52,163 nucleotides of DNA from contig CANQZQ010000001.1 in the NCBI GenBank assembly GCA_947628375.1, forward strand, positions 1 to 52,163. The letters are read 5' to 3'. Shown here piece by piece: positions 1 through 10,300 of the stretch. Position 1 is the stretch's first letter, and every line of letters begins with the position of its first letter. The notes beneath the pieces are model-generated. The model saw only the letters and a program-made list of their open reading frames with translations, was not told the DNA's origin and did not search any database. This stretch comes from an uncultured Bacilli bacterium (GTDB lineage: Bacteria > Bacillota_I > Bacilli_A > RF39 > UBA660). The position numbers and the translations under genes were made by a program.

Positions 1-54
1 GATTAGTCTGACCCCCCCGTTATTCATTAAATTTATATAGGTATTATCATTCAT
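1..54 (-). CDS. 5' end of a small ORF running off the left edge (MNDNTYINLMNNGGVRLI...)
   Basis: ATG at 52-54 lies 6 nt downstream of AGGAGGT (61-67, minus strand). Contains a G7 run. Too short to assign a function. Confidence 0.3.
   Translation of the reverse strand, partial: MNDNTYINLMNNGGVRLI
12..18. repeat. C7/G7 homopolymer inside codons 12-14 of the edge ORF
   Basis: Read directly: gacccccccgt. Confidence 0.9.
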
Positions 55-76
55 AAAATAACCTCCTAAAAAGAGA

Positions 77-1381
77 TTAATTTTTCTTAATCTCTTCTTT
101 ATTTTTGTCTATTGTTTTATGGCGTTCAGCCCAAGCAAGAACTTGAGGTGAATGCACTTCATGCCCTACTCCATCGAATTCTAATTCTTTGCAATAGGCT
201 CTCATTTGTTTATAATCCATATTTAATACATCAACATCTTTATTAATATAATCATAAAAAGTTCCAATTCAACTTTCAGTAAAATGACAATCTGAATAAT
301 GTCTAACTTGATATAAAGTATCTTCAATATCAGAATAAATTATTTCATCCCAATATTTTTCTTTTAATCTCTTTCTTAATTTAGCAACATTATTTCTTAA
401 TTCATATCAATCTTCTTCAAGAGGGTCATAATCTGTTGATGCTACCTCTTTTAAGAAATCAAGTAAATTATAAAATGAATAAATTGTCATATTTAAAACT
501 TCATGTTTCATATATTCATCTTCTTCATCTTCAAAATTATATTTTTTATTAAATTCTTCAAAGAAATCTAAAATTGAATTTGATGAAGCCATAGTCCATC
601 CACTTAGATGTTGACCATAATGTGGATCTTGTCTCGATAAAGAATTCTCATTAGGGAATCAATATGCTGTACATTGACAATCTCCGCCTTGTTCATATGG
701 AACTTGAAGCACTTGCCAATCTTGCGCATGCGCAATAGCATAATCCAATTTTCTAATAAATGGATAATCTTCTCCTTGACGAGAATTTTTACCAGTTGGG
801 CAATGTATATCATACTTTTCAATGAAATCTCTATTATAACATCTACTTTGTACCCATATACTATGTCCAGGTATATTGTGTTCATAACCTTTTGTATCAA
901 AAGAATAAACTAAACCATGAACACAAGCAACTGGTTTGATATCCTCTGCGGCAATTCCTTGTGCTTTGTTAGCTTCACTTTCGGGGTCTTGTGAGCCTTC
1001 AATGATACTTAAGTATCTATCACAAGCATTTGCCGCAAGCATATCATCACAGTCTATCAATAAGAAATATTTATAATCTCCAGCTTTTCAGCCAATTTCG
1101 CGGCTTTCGCCTTGATATTTATGTTCTTTATTTTTTATTAATGTTATTTTTATATGTTCACTATCATATAATTTTTTAAATTCATCAGATACATAATAAT
1201 CATAAGGACTTTTATCTTTTTTATCTCTACCTTCTAAATAATCATCTACTAATACTAAATGAATATTAAAAGGATTATTTTTACTAATGTATTGATGAAT
1301 TACTGAAAAAACCATTCGATCTGTAATAACTCGCTCTCCTCACATAGGAGATACAACTGTTATACCTCTTGTTTCTGCCAT
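77..1381 (-). CDS. family-2 (GT-A fold) glycosyltransferase, 434 aa
   Basis: Track fragments 407..592, 659..1060 and 1088..1315 share one frame and are separated only by TGA. ATG 1379-1381 follows GAAGGTGA; TAA at 77-79. N-terminal ITVVSPMWGE and LLIDCDD (DXD) motifs are typical of GT2 enzymes. Confidence 0.7.
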
Positions 1382-1440
1382 AATAAATTCACCTTCACTT
1401 TATGTATATTTTAACATAAAATTTCAAAAAATGCAAATTA

Positions 1441-2130
1441 TTATAGTTTTGTTGTGCTTGATTGAGTACTTCCGTTTTGACTAGTTTTTGTTAGCGCGGT
1501 AGTGCTGCTTAAAGCGCCAACCGCAGTTGATGAAGTTGAATATTGACTTGTTCTAGTTAATGCAGTAGTTGATGATAAAATACTTGTTGTCACAGAACTA
1601 GTTGCATAATATGTTGAGCTCCTAGTTAATGCAGTTGTTGATAATAAATTTCCTTTTGTAGTTGAACTAGCATAATAAGAACTAGTTCTAGTTAAAGCTG
1701 TTGTTGAACTTAAAACTGCATTCGTAGTTGTAGATGAATAATATCTAGTAGTTGATTTTGTTAACGCAGTAGTAGATAATAAGTTTCCTTTTGCTGTACT
1801 TGATGCATAACCAGATTGAGATCGGGTTCCACTGACAGTTGATGTAAAATCTCCATATCATTGACTATAATCTGTTGTCGCATATCTACTTGAAGAACTT
1901 GACGTTGTAGTTAATGCGGTTGTACTATATAAATTTCCAATTCCAGTTGATGAAGCATAATAGCTTCCTGAATTTGTTAATGCAGTAGTTGAACTCATAT
2001 ATCCAACTCCTGCAGAAGTTGTATAATAGCCACTTGATTGTGTCAATGCAGTAGTTGAACTTAAATATCCTACATATATAGAGGTTGCATAGTAATTTGC
2101 GGGTTGAGTTAATGCTGTAGCATTATTCAT
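1441..2130 (-). repeat. nine degenerate tandem units (about 60-66 nt), each encoding ..S(S)TTALT..
   Basis: The DNA core ttaatgcagttgttga recurs. The translation shows TALT nine times at roughly 20-aa spacing. Confidence 0.8.
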
Positions 2131-3102
2131 TCCATTGGCATTGACAGATGAAAAGTATGACGCACTACTATTTGTGTAATAATATGGTTGAGTATAACAC
2201 TCAGTATAATATCGTCCAGTATAATATGTTGCTGTTCCTTGACATCATCTTACATTCGTAACATTAGTAAAAGTACTTGCATTCATATTTATTGTTCCAA
2301 CTTTTGTATACATACTGCTAGAAACAAGTCAATAAGTAGAAGCTATATATCGACTTATAATTTGCTGAGTAGAAAAAGTTTGATAACTATGAGTCTCCAT
2401 TATGCTTGGTAGCGTAACTCCTTTGTTATTAGTTGTCCAGGGTTTTAAAGATGTATAAAATCAATTTTGAGTTCAATCTGAACCAGAATAACTTGTTGCA
2501 TAAGTTCAATAGTTTGCTCTTCATCCGCTATATCCATAAGTATTTATACTAGATAAATAACCTGCATAACCATATGTGCTACCTCTAGAACTATATCCGC
2601 TATAACCGTAGGTGTTTCTTGAACTTAATCTACCGCTATATCCAGTTGTTCTAGTTATCCTAGCTGTTGTACTTCTATAACCGCTACCAGTGGTTTGCCT
2701 AGAGGTAGTTCTTCCGCTATATCCAGTTGTTGATTGAGTGCTTCTTCTACCTGAATATCCGCTAGTACTATATCTCGTTAATCTACCAGTATATCCAGAA
2801 GTACTAGCTCTAGAACGAATTCCACTATAACCGCTTGTACTTCTTCTACTAGCAGCTCCGCTATATCCAGTAGTTACAGTTACAGTAGTTTGATTACCTA
2901 CAACAGTTGTATAACTTTGCATAGGTCTATATGCAACGTCACCTATTTTAACTTTTAATTGAACTCCAGTTGTCGTAGCACTCGTTAAATCAAGAAATGA
3001 CCGGCTCCCCCCCCCGATATTCAAGAAATGAGGTGCCATATGTGTCGTATCACATTCATATTGTCTAGATTCTAAACCATTTTTAACTATTATATAATCC
3101 AT
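1441..3102 (-). CDS. Ser/Thr/Tyr/Gly-rich repeat protein, 553 aa (fibre-associated, function unknown)
   Basis: Fragments 1858..2130 and 2521..3102 are in frame. I checked every in-frame triplet from 1441 to 2520 and found only TGA, no TAA or TAG. GAGGTG lies 5 nt before ATG 3100-3102; TAA at 1441-1443. Confidence 0.75.
2524..2875 (-). repeat. short degenerate (S/T)TSGYSGR-type peptide repeats
   Basis: Track translation: TTGYSGAASRRSTSGYSGIRSRASTSGYTGRLTRYSTSGYSGRRSTQSTTGYSGR... Confidence 0.8.
3007..3015. repeat. C9/G9 homopolymer (codons GGG GGG GGG, residues about 30-32 of the 553-aa protein)
   Basis: Read directly: ggctcccccccccgat. Translated as NIGGGSRS in the track. Confidence 0.9.
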
Positions 3103-3104
3103 AT

Positions 3105-4070
3105 TTACACCTCTGTTGTTGCACTTACACTAGAACCACTTGATGATGTTTTAGTAAGTGCTGTTGTTGAACTTAAATTACCAGGAACACTTGATGTTGT
3201 ACTATATTGACTACTGCGTGTTAATGCTGTTGTACTACTTAATATAGCATTCGTTGTGGTTGATGTCGAATATCTTGTAGTTGATTTAGTTAATGCAGTT
3301 GTTGATACTAATAAACTATTAGTTCTAGTTGATGATGAATACCCTCCTGTTGTTGATGATGTTCTACTACTTGTTAAAGTAAAATTAGAAGAAGGTAAAT
3401 AAGTATAAGAAGTAGTTTGATTATTAATTGTTCATGTAGATAATTCTGATGTAGTAAAAGTGTTTATTATATTGTAACTTCTAGTTTCAGATTCACTAAC
3501 CGATCAATGTAATAGTCCTTGGCCACTTCTAAATGTTGTTATAGTGTTACTACCAGTACGATAAGTTAAAGAAGTAACATGAGTATGAACAGTACTACTA
3601 TATACACTACGTGATGTTTCTGATGTAAATTGAGAATCATAAATATAAATTGCACTAAGAGTAGATGATCGAGATCCTCTATAATAAGTTTGAGTTATTC
3701 TACTTGATTGAGTGCTAGTAGCATATCCACTATATCTAGTCATCGATTTTGTTGTTCTTCCACTATAACCTGTAGTAGATATTGTTGATCTTCTACCACT
3801 ATATCCACTTGTACTACTTCTACTAGTTACGCCTGAATATCCAGTAGTACTAGTTACAGTTACTCTATCATCATAACTAGTTGTTGTACTTTGTAATGGT
3901 CTATAAACAATATCATTAATTTTTATTTTTAATTCTTGATTATTAGTATTTGTTGTTAAATCTAAATAATTTGTTGAATTAACTTGCATATAAGGAGTAT
4001 TATTATAAGTAGACTTACATTGATATTTTTTACTATCTACTATTAAATAATTATTTACACAATCATTCAT
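3105..4070 (-). CDS. paralog of the S/T/Y/G-rich repeat protein, 321 aa
   Basis: Track ORF 3504..4070 continues through TGA codons to TAA 3105-3107 (all in-frame triplets checked). The N-terminal domain (Y.C....LDLT......LK.KI.D..YRP.QS) and the C-terminal STTALT units are shared with 1441..3102. This copy has no poly-G tract. Confidence 0.7.
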
Positions 4071-4081
4071 AGTAATACCTC

Positions 4082-5353
4082 CTATTCTTCAGTTTCAATT
4101 CAAATATTTAAATTACTTGTATCACTCGGATTAACAGGAATTATTCCTTGTTGAGATTTAACTAATGCGGCAACTGCTTTACTAGTAGGCATATTTTCAC
4201 TTGCACTATCAATAGCTACAGTTGTATCTACAGCTTTAGCACATGCAGCTGCTAATTTATATCCATTATAAGTTTTATTTGATAAAGCTTGTGTACTATC
4301 TAAATCTACTAAATTTAATGCAGTAAAATCAGCAGTAATAACAGCTTCCGCATTTGTTACGTGACCTTCGCCATTAGTAGTAATTTTATAAATCCCGCTA
4401 TCAAAAGCTTGACCTTTATTAGTAACAGCATGTTTGTATGCGGCAGCACCTCGGTCTCCACGGTAAGCATTCTCGGCACCTTCGCCTAAAACCAAACCTC
4501 CGCCAGTTAATGCTACATATTTTTCTCCATCCCAACGATATTCAATGTTTGTAGATCTATCTACATAGATAACATTTCTATCTCCTTCAGATGGAAATAA
4601 ATCAAAGCTATCATAACCTTGAACGTTAGCTAATCCACCAGGTATTCTTTCTAATGGAATTAAACCTTGTTCATCTAATTCAGCGACTCCGCTATTTGCG
4701 CCAACTAAGTCCGCATTTAATTTTTTACCAAGAGCCGCATTAACAGCACCAGATGTAATTAGCGCATTACTTGATGCAGTTCCGCCTTCAGTAGTATCAA
4801 TAGCTCTTGTAGTTACAGCGCTTGCGCCATTACCAATTAGTACTTGTCCAGCTGTTAATGTTGCAACACCAGTTCCACCATTACCAACACCAATAACGCC
4901 ATTTATATCTTCAGGTTCTACATTAGCTTTATAAGCCATTGCATCTAAACCAGTAATTTTTACTTCTGCTTCATTTCCATTTGTATTTACTTTAATAGTA
5001 CCATTATTAGTGCCTGCGGCAACCGCTCTAACGCCCGCATTTCTAAAGTCAGTGCCGACTAAAGCGACACCCGCGCTTGCAGTATATTTAGTATCATTAT
5101 CTGGAATAGTGATAACAGTATCTCCAGAGTCGTCAGAAGGACTTATTGTAACTTTATGTCCATCTTCGACATCTTGAGTAAAAGTATAAGAAACATTAGA
5201 TCCATCCATCTCAATTCTTTGGCTATCAGAAATATCTAAATATAACTTTTTAGTGTCTGTAGTAAATATAATTTGACCTTCTGCAATAGCTAATTGACCA
5301 AGTTGTTCTCCTAATATTTTATAAAAACTTACAGGCTTTTTAGTTTCATCCAT
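4082..5353 (-). CDS. tail fibre protein, 423 aa
   Basis: Track ORF 4100..5353 reads through one TGA to TAG 4082-4084. Gly/Ala/Thr-rich central region (GVGNGGTGVATLTAGQVLIGNGASAVTT) is typical of Gram-positive phage fibres. Confidence 0.7.
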
Positions 5354-5357
5354 AAGT

Positions 5358-5789
5358 CTATTCCTCCTCTTCTTCTACTTCTCAAGTAATTTCTTCATTA
5401 TCTTGTAAACTGCTTATTCCACTTAAACTTAAAATACCTTCAATCGCTTTTTTACCTTGCATTACTATACTTGAACAAACTACTCCAAGTACACCAACAC
5501 TTGATAGAGTATTTAATAAGTCATTAGATAATAATACTACTCCAAAAGTATCAGTTATTATTTCATTTATATAAGGTAACATTGTAAAAGCAACACTAAG
5601 TGCAGCCGCACTAATATAAAATACTATTACTTTTAAAATACCTTTAAACATTTTTTTAATATTAAAATTTTCTTTGTTACTTCATACATTAACTAATGTA
5701 CCAGTTACAATATTAACTAAGGCTAAAATTCCTAAAATAATACCTAACCAGCCCATAATAGACAATGTTGATAAAATTGCTTCTTTCAT
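5358..5789 (-). CDS. holin, 143 aa
   Basis: ATG 5787-5789 follows GGAGG. The ORF runs through TGA at 5682 and 5382 to TAG 5358-5360. It has several hydrophobic helices and an acidic tail (WEVEEEEE), and lies directly downstream of the endolysin. Confidence 0.7.
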
Positions 5790-5800
5790 ATTTTAACCTC

Positions 5801-6811
5801 CTATTGTTTTTCAAGAGCCTCTGCTTTATAAAAACCAGTTGTCCCAGTATTATTTCCAACTTGATAAGGGTACGCTCTACCATTCCAAATTTTTAATATT
5901 TGTCTCTTCCAACCAATACCATAAGCAGTATTAGATGTACCATAACTTGATCCATTACCAGTTCCAATAATTTTAACCTTATCTCCTACTTTAAGCGCGG
6001 GAGCCGGTGCTGGTTGCACTGGTTGAGGTTCTGGTTCTACTGGAGTAGGTTCAGGAATCGGTTGAACGGGTTCCGCATTTCCGCTTTCAATAGCTTGTTG
6101 TACATCATCTGGTAAATAAATAAATGCTCTAAATGTATAAGCGCTAGCAAGTCCTCATCTACCATTTGTATTTTTTCTAGTTTGATTTCAAAAAGCTTTT
6201 GACCCATATCCGCTTTCAGAAGTGTAAATAGATCCATCATCGTTTACTTTTTCAACTATCCAAACGTGGCCGGCGCCATCTTTTCCGCTAAGTGTAGCAC
6301 CTTTTTGCGCACATCCAATAGCTCCAACTCTAGGTTCGCTACCCGTTTGAAGGCCGGCCGCAACTGCTTTCTCAATAAAATTTTCAGCATTGCAGCATAA
6401 TTTTGTATAAGTACATTTAGAAGTTCCACGAATATTATTAATAATTTCGTTAAATCTTCCACTAGCATACCCAACGCAGTTAGCTAATACATTACAATCT
6501 TTATCTTGCGGATATCCTTTAACACAAGTATTTCATCCACCTGCGCCAGTTGTAATAAAGTTCTTATTTCCGCTTACAGGTTTACTTGTTCTAGGGTAAA
6601 ATTTGCTATTATTTACAATTGCACTACTGATTTTTACAATTTGATCTTCGCCATCTTCATTTAATTCTTCTATTGTATCTGTATTAAATGTGTATTGAAT
6701 GTCATCATTGTTAATATCAGGTCTTAAAAATGCTTTAGCAATCATTGCTTGCATTTCCGCAGGCGCTTGTTCTATACGAGAAATAATCTCTTCAATCGTT
6801 AATTGTTCCAT
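5801..6811 (-). CDS. endolysin: N-terminal domain of unknown function, CHAP-type peptidase/amidase, Pro-rich linker, SH3b-like wall-binding domain (336 aa)
   Basis: Fragments 5801..6019 and 6533..6811 share a frame. My translation of the gap gives NCVGYASGRFNEI (Cys nucleophile) and GHVWIVEKV (His motif), then PIPEPTPVEPEPQPVQPAPAP. Confidence 0.85.
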
Positions 6812-6826
6812 AATATACCCGCCTTT

Positions 6827-7093
6827 CTATTCTACTGATTTCCAATAGATATTATTTCATTTTGAAATATCATCTTCTGTAATGTCTTTTACATATTGAG
6901 GTACTGTTGGATCATCTTCTGTAGTAAGGGCAGTATCTTGTAGTTCTTGTATATCTGATTTTACATTTGTCATTGTGTTTTCTAGCGTTTCTCCATCTTC
7001 CATATCAATATTAACAGCATTTGCGCCAATATCTATATAATCTGAAAAATCGCCATCAGGATTTTTTGCTCTCAATTTTTTAACCTTACTCAT
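6827..7093 (-). CDS. hypothetical structural protein, 88 aa
   Basis: Track ORF 6857..7093 extends through TGA to TAG 6827-6829. Confidence 0.55.
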
Positions 7094-7107
7094 GATATAA
7101 ATCCTCC

Positions 7108-7156
7108 TTTACAGAAAAATTAAAGAAGAGAATAATTTATTTTAAACATTCTCTTC
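7108..7156 (-). terminator. intrinsic terminator
   Basis: 9-bp stem gaagagaat/attctcttc (7125-7156), followed on the minus strand by a T-rich run. Confidence 0.5.
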
Positions 7157-7200
7157 TAAATTTTTATATCTATTCATATTTTAATTTATCTAAAAAATAA

Positions 7201-7377
7201 TTATTCTGCTTCGTCCTTAACTTCTTCTTTTGTTTCTTGCTTTTGTTCTTCTTTTAATAAATTATTATATAAATCACTAACTTCTCTAAATACATCTTTT
7301 AAAACATAAAATTTTGCTTCAAAAGGTAAATTTGCAGAATTTATTAATCCTGCTAATTGTTTTCTTAATTCTTCCAT
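7201..7377 (-). CDS. hypothetical small protein, 58 aa (MEELRKQLAGLINSANLPFE...)
   Basis: Not in the track (below its size cutoff). ATG 7375-7377, TAA 7201-7203, frame checked. Confidence 0.5.
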   Translation of the reverse strand: MEELRKQLAGLINSANLPFEAKFYVLKDVFREVSDLYNNLLKEEQKQETKEEVKDEAE

Positions 7378-7394
7378 ATCCTTTTATCTCCTTA

Positions 7395-10300
7395 TTATTC
7401 TGAAACTGAAAAACCTGTACAAAATCCCTTTTTAAAAGTTATACTAATAGTCTGTTCTACATCGAGTCCTGCAGTTCCTTGTTTATTCGCTTTAAACGTA
7501 AATGTTCCATCTTTTACTTTTGTACTGTTAACTGTAATATCTCCTACGTTAAAAATTACTCCATGGCCTTCTCCAGAGCCACTTGCATTAATAGTCACAT
7601 CACCGCTATCTCTAACCATGACTAAACCGGTAGTACCGCTACCTGACTGTAAACAAGCTCCTAAACCACCATTACTTCTAACCACCATTGCAGATCTACT
7701 AGACTCATAAGATATACCTCCTCGATAATCAGAAGTGCTCCCTCCATCTATATCAATAGTACTATAAAGACCAATACCGTTTTCTGCATCGATATTGAAT
7801 CCGCTTGATCTAGGATGAGCTGTGCCACCACCGCAAGCAAAGAAATTGTTTCCATTTTTTCATCTTATTCTATTATTAGAACTGTCAATAGTAAAATATG
7901 TACTAGATAATGTTGTTGAACTTAAATTTCAGCCACCTATTCTGCCACTTTTAGCATACACGTAACCATTGTTTTGAACATAAAATACTCCATCGCCGAC
8001 CTCAATATTTCTATGTGTATTTCCAGATCCAGACCTTAAATGGACATTCCCATCGACTGAATGCAATTCAGTTTCTTCAATAACTCAGCCACCTATTTGA
8101 CCACTTTGAGAAGTTATATTACCATTAATTGTTAATGTTGTTCCATCTCATTTAAGCTTGTCACCAAAAGATACTGTTCCATCATTATGAATATGTCATC
8201 CAGCTCCAGTATTGCAATCTAAATCTCCATTAGAACTTAATATTACATTTTGACCTGTAGAAGTTAAATTATTTTCATTAATATTCCATCCACCGATAGT
8301 TCCTTTTTTCGCAGTTAAACTACCATCAGCATTTAATGATACTTCTCCATTAGTTAAAGAACCATTCGTAATTTGCCAATTTCCAATATTTCCTGCGGTA
8401 AATGTTGCAGTTCCATCTTGGTTTATTGACCATATTCCATCTTTATGTTGAATACTACCATTTGCATTTAAGTATATATTTCCGCTATGAATATTATTAG
8501 GTTCAATTATTCAACCACCGACATCTCCAGTTGTAAATGTAGCTGAGCCATCTTGATTAATAGACCAAGTACCATCTACATGTTGGATACTCCCGTCAGC
8601 GTTTAAATAAATATTTCCGCTATGTAAACTATTTGGCTCAATAATTCATCCGCCAATGTTACCTAATGTAAAGCTTACAGAACCATCATTGTGAATAAAT
8701 CATTTATTTTCGCCATCAATATTACATTCAATATCTCCAGTTGCTTTCATTACTATATTTTCAGTACTAATATTATCATCATTAATACTTCATCCGCCAA
8801 TAGTTCCAGCTCTTGTATTTAATATACCTTCATTAGTAACTTCAAATTTACTATGACCTTGTTCATTTAAACCACCAAGCGCAAATCCGTCAGTTCCAAT
8901 ATAGAAACCATTTCCATCTGCATCAAAAGTAGGTTTATCAAAAGTATGAATGACACTATTTACGCCATTTCCGCCAATATAAATTAAATTATTAGTGCTT
9001 CCTGCACCAATTGTTGCTTCTGTTGTTCTTAAATAACCATCATGTGTAACATAGAAATTGCGGTCGCCGGCTCAAAATGCGAGAGCCTTGATCTCATGTT
9101 GCGTTGGAGCTGGAAGAGGCACATCTTCAGTAGTAACCCCAGCATCTATAACATTCTCGACTGAGCTCATACCGGTCCAGTCTTTATAAATCTTATAGTC
9201 ATCGATTTTTCATCCTGCGATCTCGCCGCCGCCGCGCATATAAGTAAATCCATTTGGTTCTACTCTAAAATTACCATTACCAAATAATATTCTTGGTGTA
9301 GTTAAATCAATAAGCATTCCGCTATTGATATCTTGCATGTCGCCAGTGGTTTGATTAGCTTGACCATCGTATTTATGAGTTCTATCATTATAACTATAAT
9401 TAGTTCTAGGTAATCCATTTCTAGTAGGATCGGTTGTATCATCAATATAGTTAGCTCAGAAATTATTGCTATAAATCATAGCATTATTATTTGTTGGATC
9501 TAAAATAATTTGACCTGGTCCATTTTTACCAAAAATACCATAGCCATTATAAGCACTTAAATATAATGTTCTTTGTCCTTTATGATATCCCAACAAACCA
9601 ACATCTTTTTGTGATTGATTAGCCTCTTTAACAGCTCCCATTCACATACCAGTAAAGCTATTATCTTTTTCTTTAATACCTGCTCCAACCTTTGGCGCTA
9701 GTAAGTATCCACCATTTGAGTCTAATTCTACACTATTTCCATTTCAATTGTTTAATTCTGCTTGACCATATCTATTAAGCATAAAATGAATTGGAATATG
9801 AATTCTACCAACTGAGCTTCCGCTTCTAGTCATTGTACATTCAAGAGCTATGTTTAAACATTCTCCATCATAATTATTAACAGGTATAAAATACTTTTCA
9901 TTTCTATCTGTTGTTTTATTCCCGCTATCTTCAATAAGATATTGTTCTTGAGTTCAAGAACCAGTAACTCCATTATAAATTCTTCCATATTGTTTTCAAG
10001 AGTAAGTAATAGCTTCAGATTTTTCCATTTTACTTACATTTTCTTGATAACCATTAATAGTTCTTTCAACTATTATTTCAAAAGGTTCTGAATTGCTATA
10101 ACTTGGATAGCGGCCGTCCGCGCTATAAGTAGCAAACCTAAATCCAGTATTTTCTTTTAATCCAGCCCTATATCCGCTACTCATTGTGGCAGTAATTAAT
10201 GGCATTGTTGCATAATAATAAACACCATTTAAGCTTACTGTACATTGAATTATATTAGCAGGAGAATTACCTGAATAACTTTTATAACTAAATGTTCCAT

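Noticed and set aside
3105-3300. Apparent paired frameshifts in the second repeat-protein gene and near 300-360 in the glycosyltransferase
   Set aside because: These were my own transcription slips at line junctions. On re-reading the sequence, both genes are continuous in one frame, with only TGA codons in between.
604-6474. Minus-strand track ORFs 604..900, 6037..6240 and 6256..6474
   Set aside because: They are out of frame with, and nested inside, the glycosyltransferase and endolysin genes. Those genes read through TGA in a frame that gives recognisable motifs.
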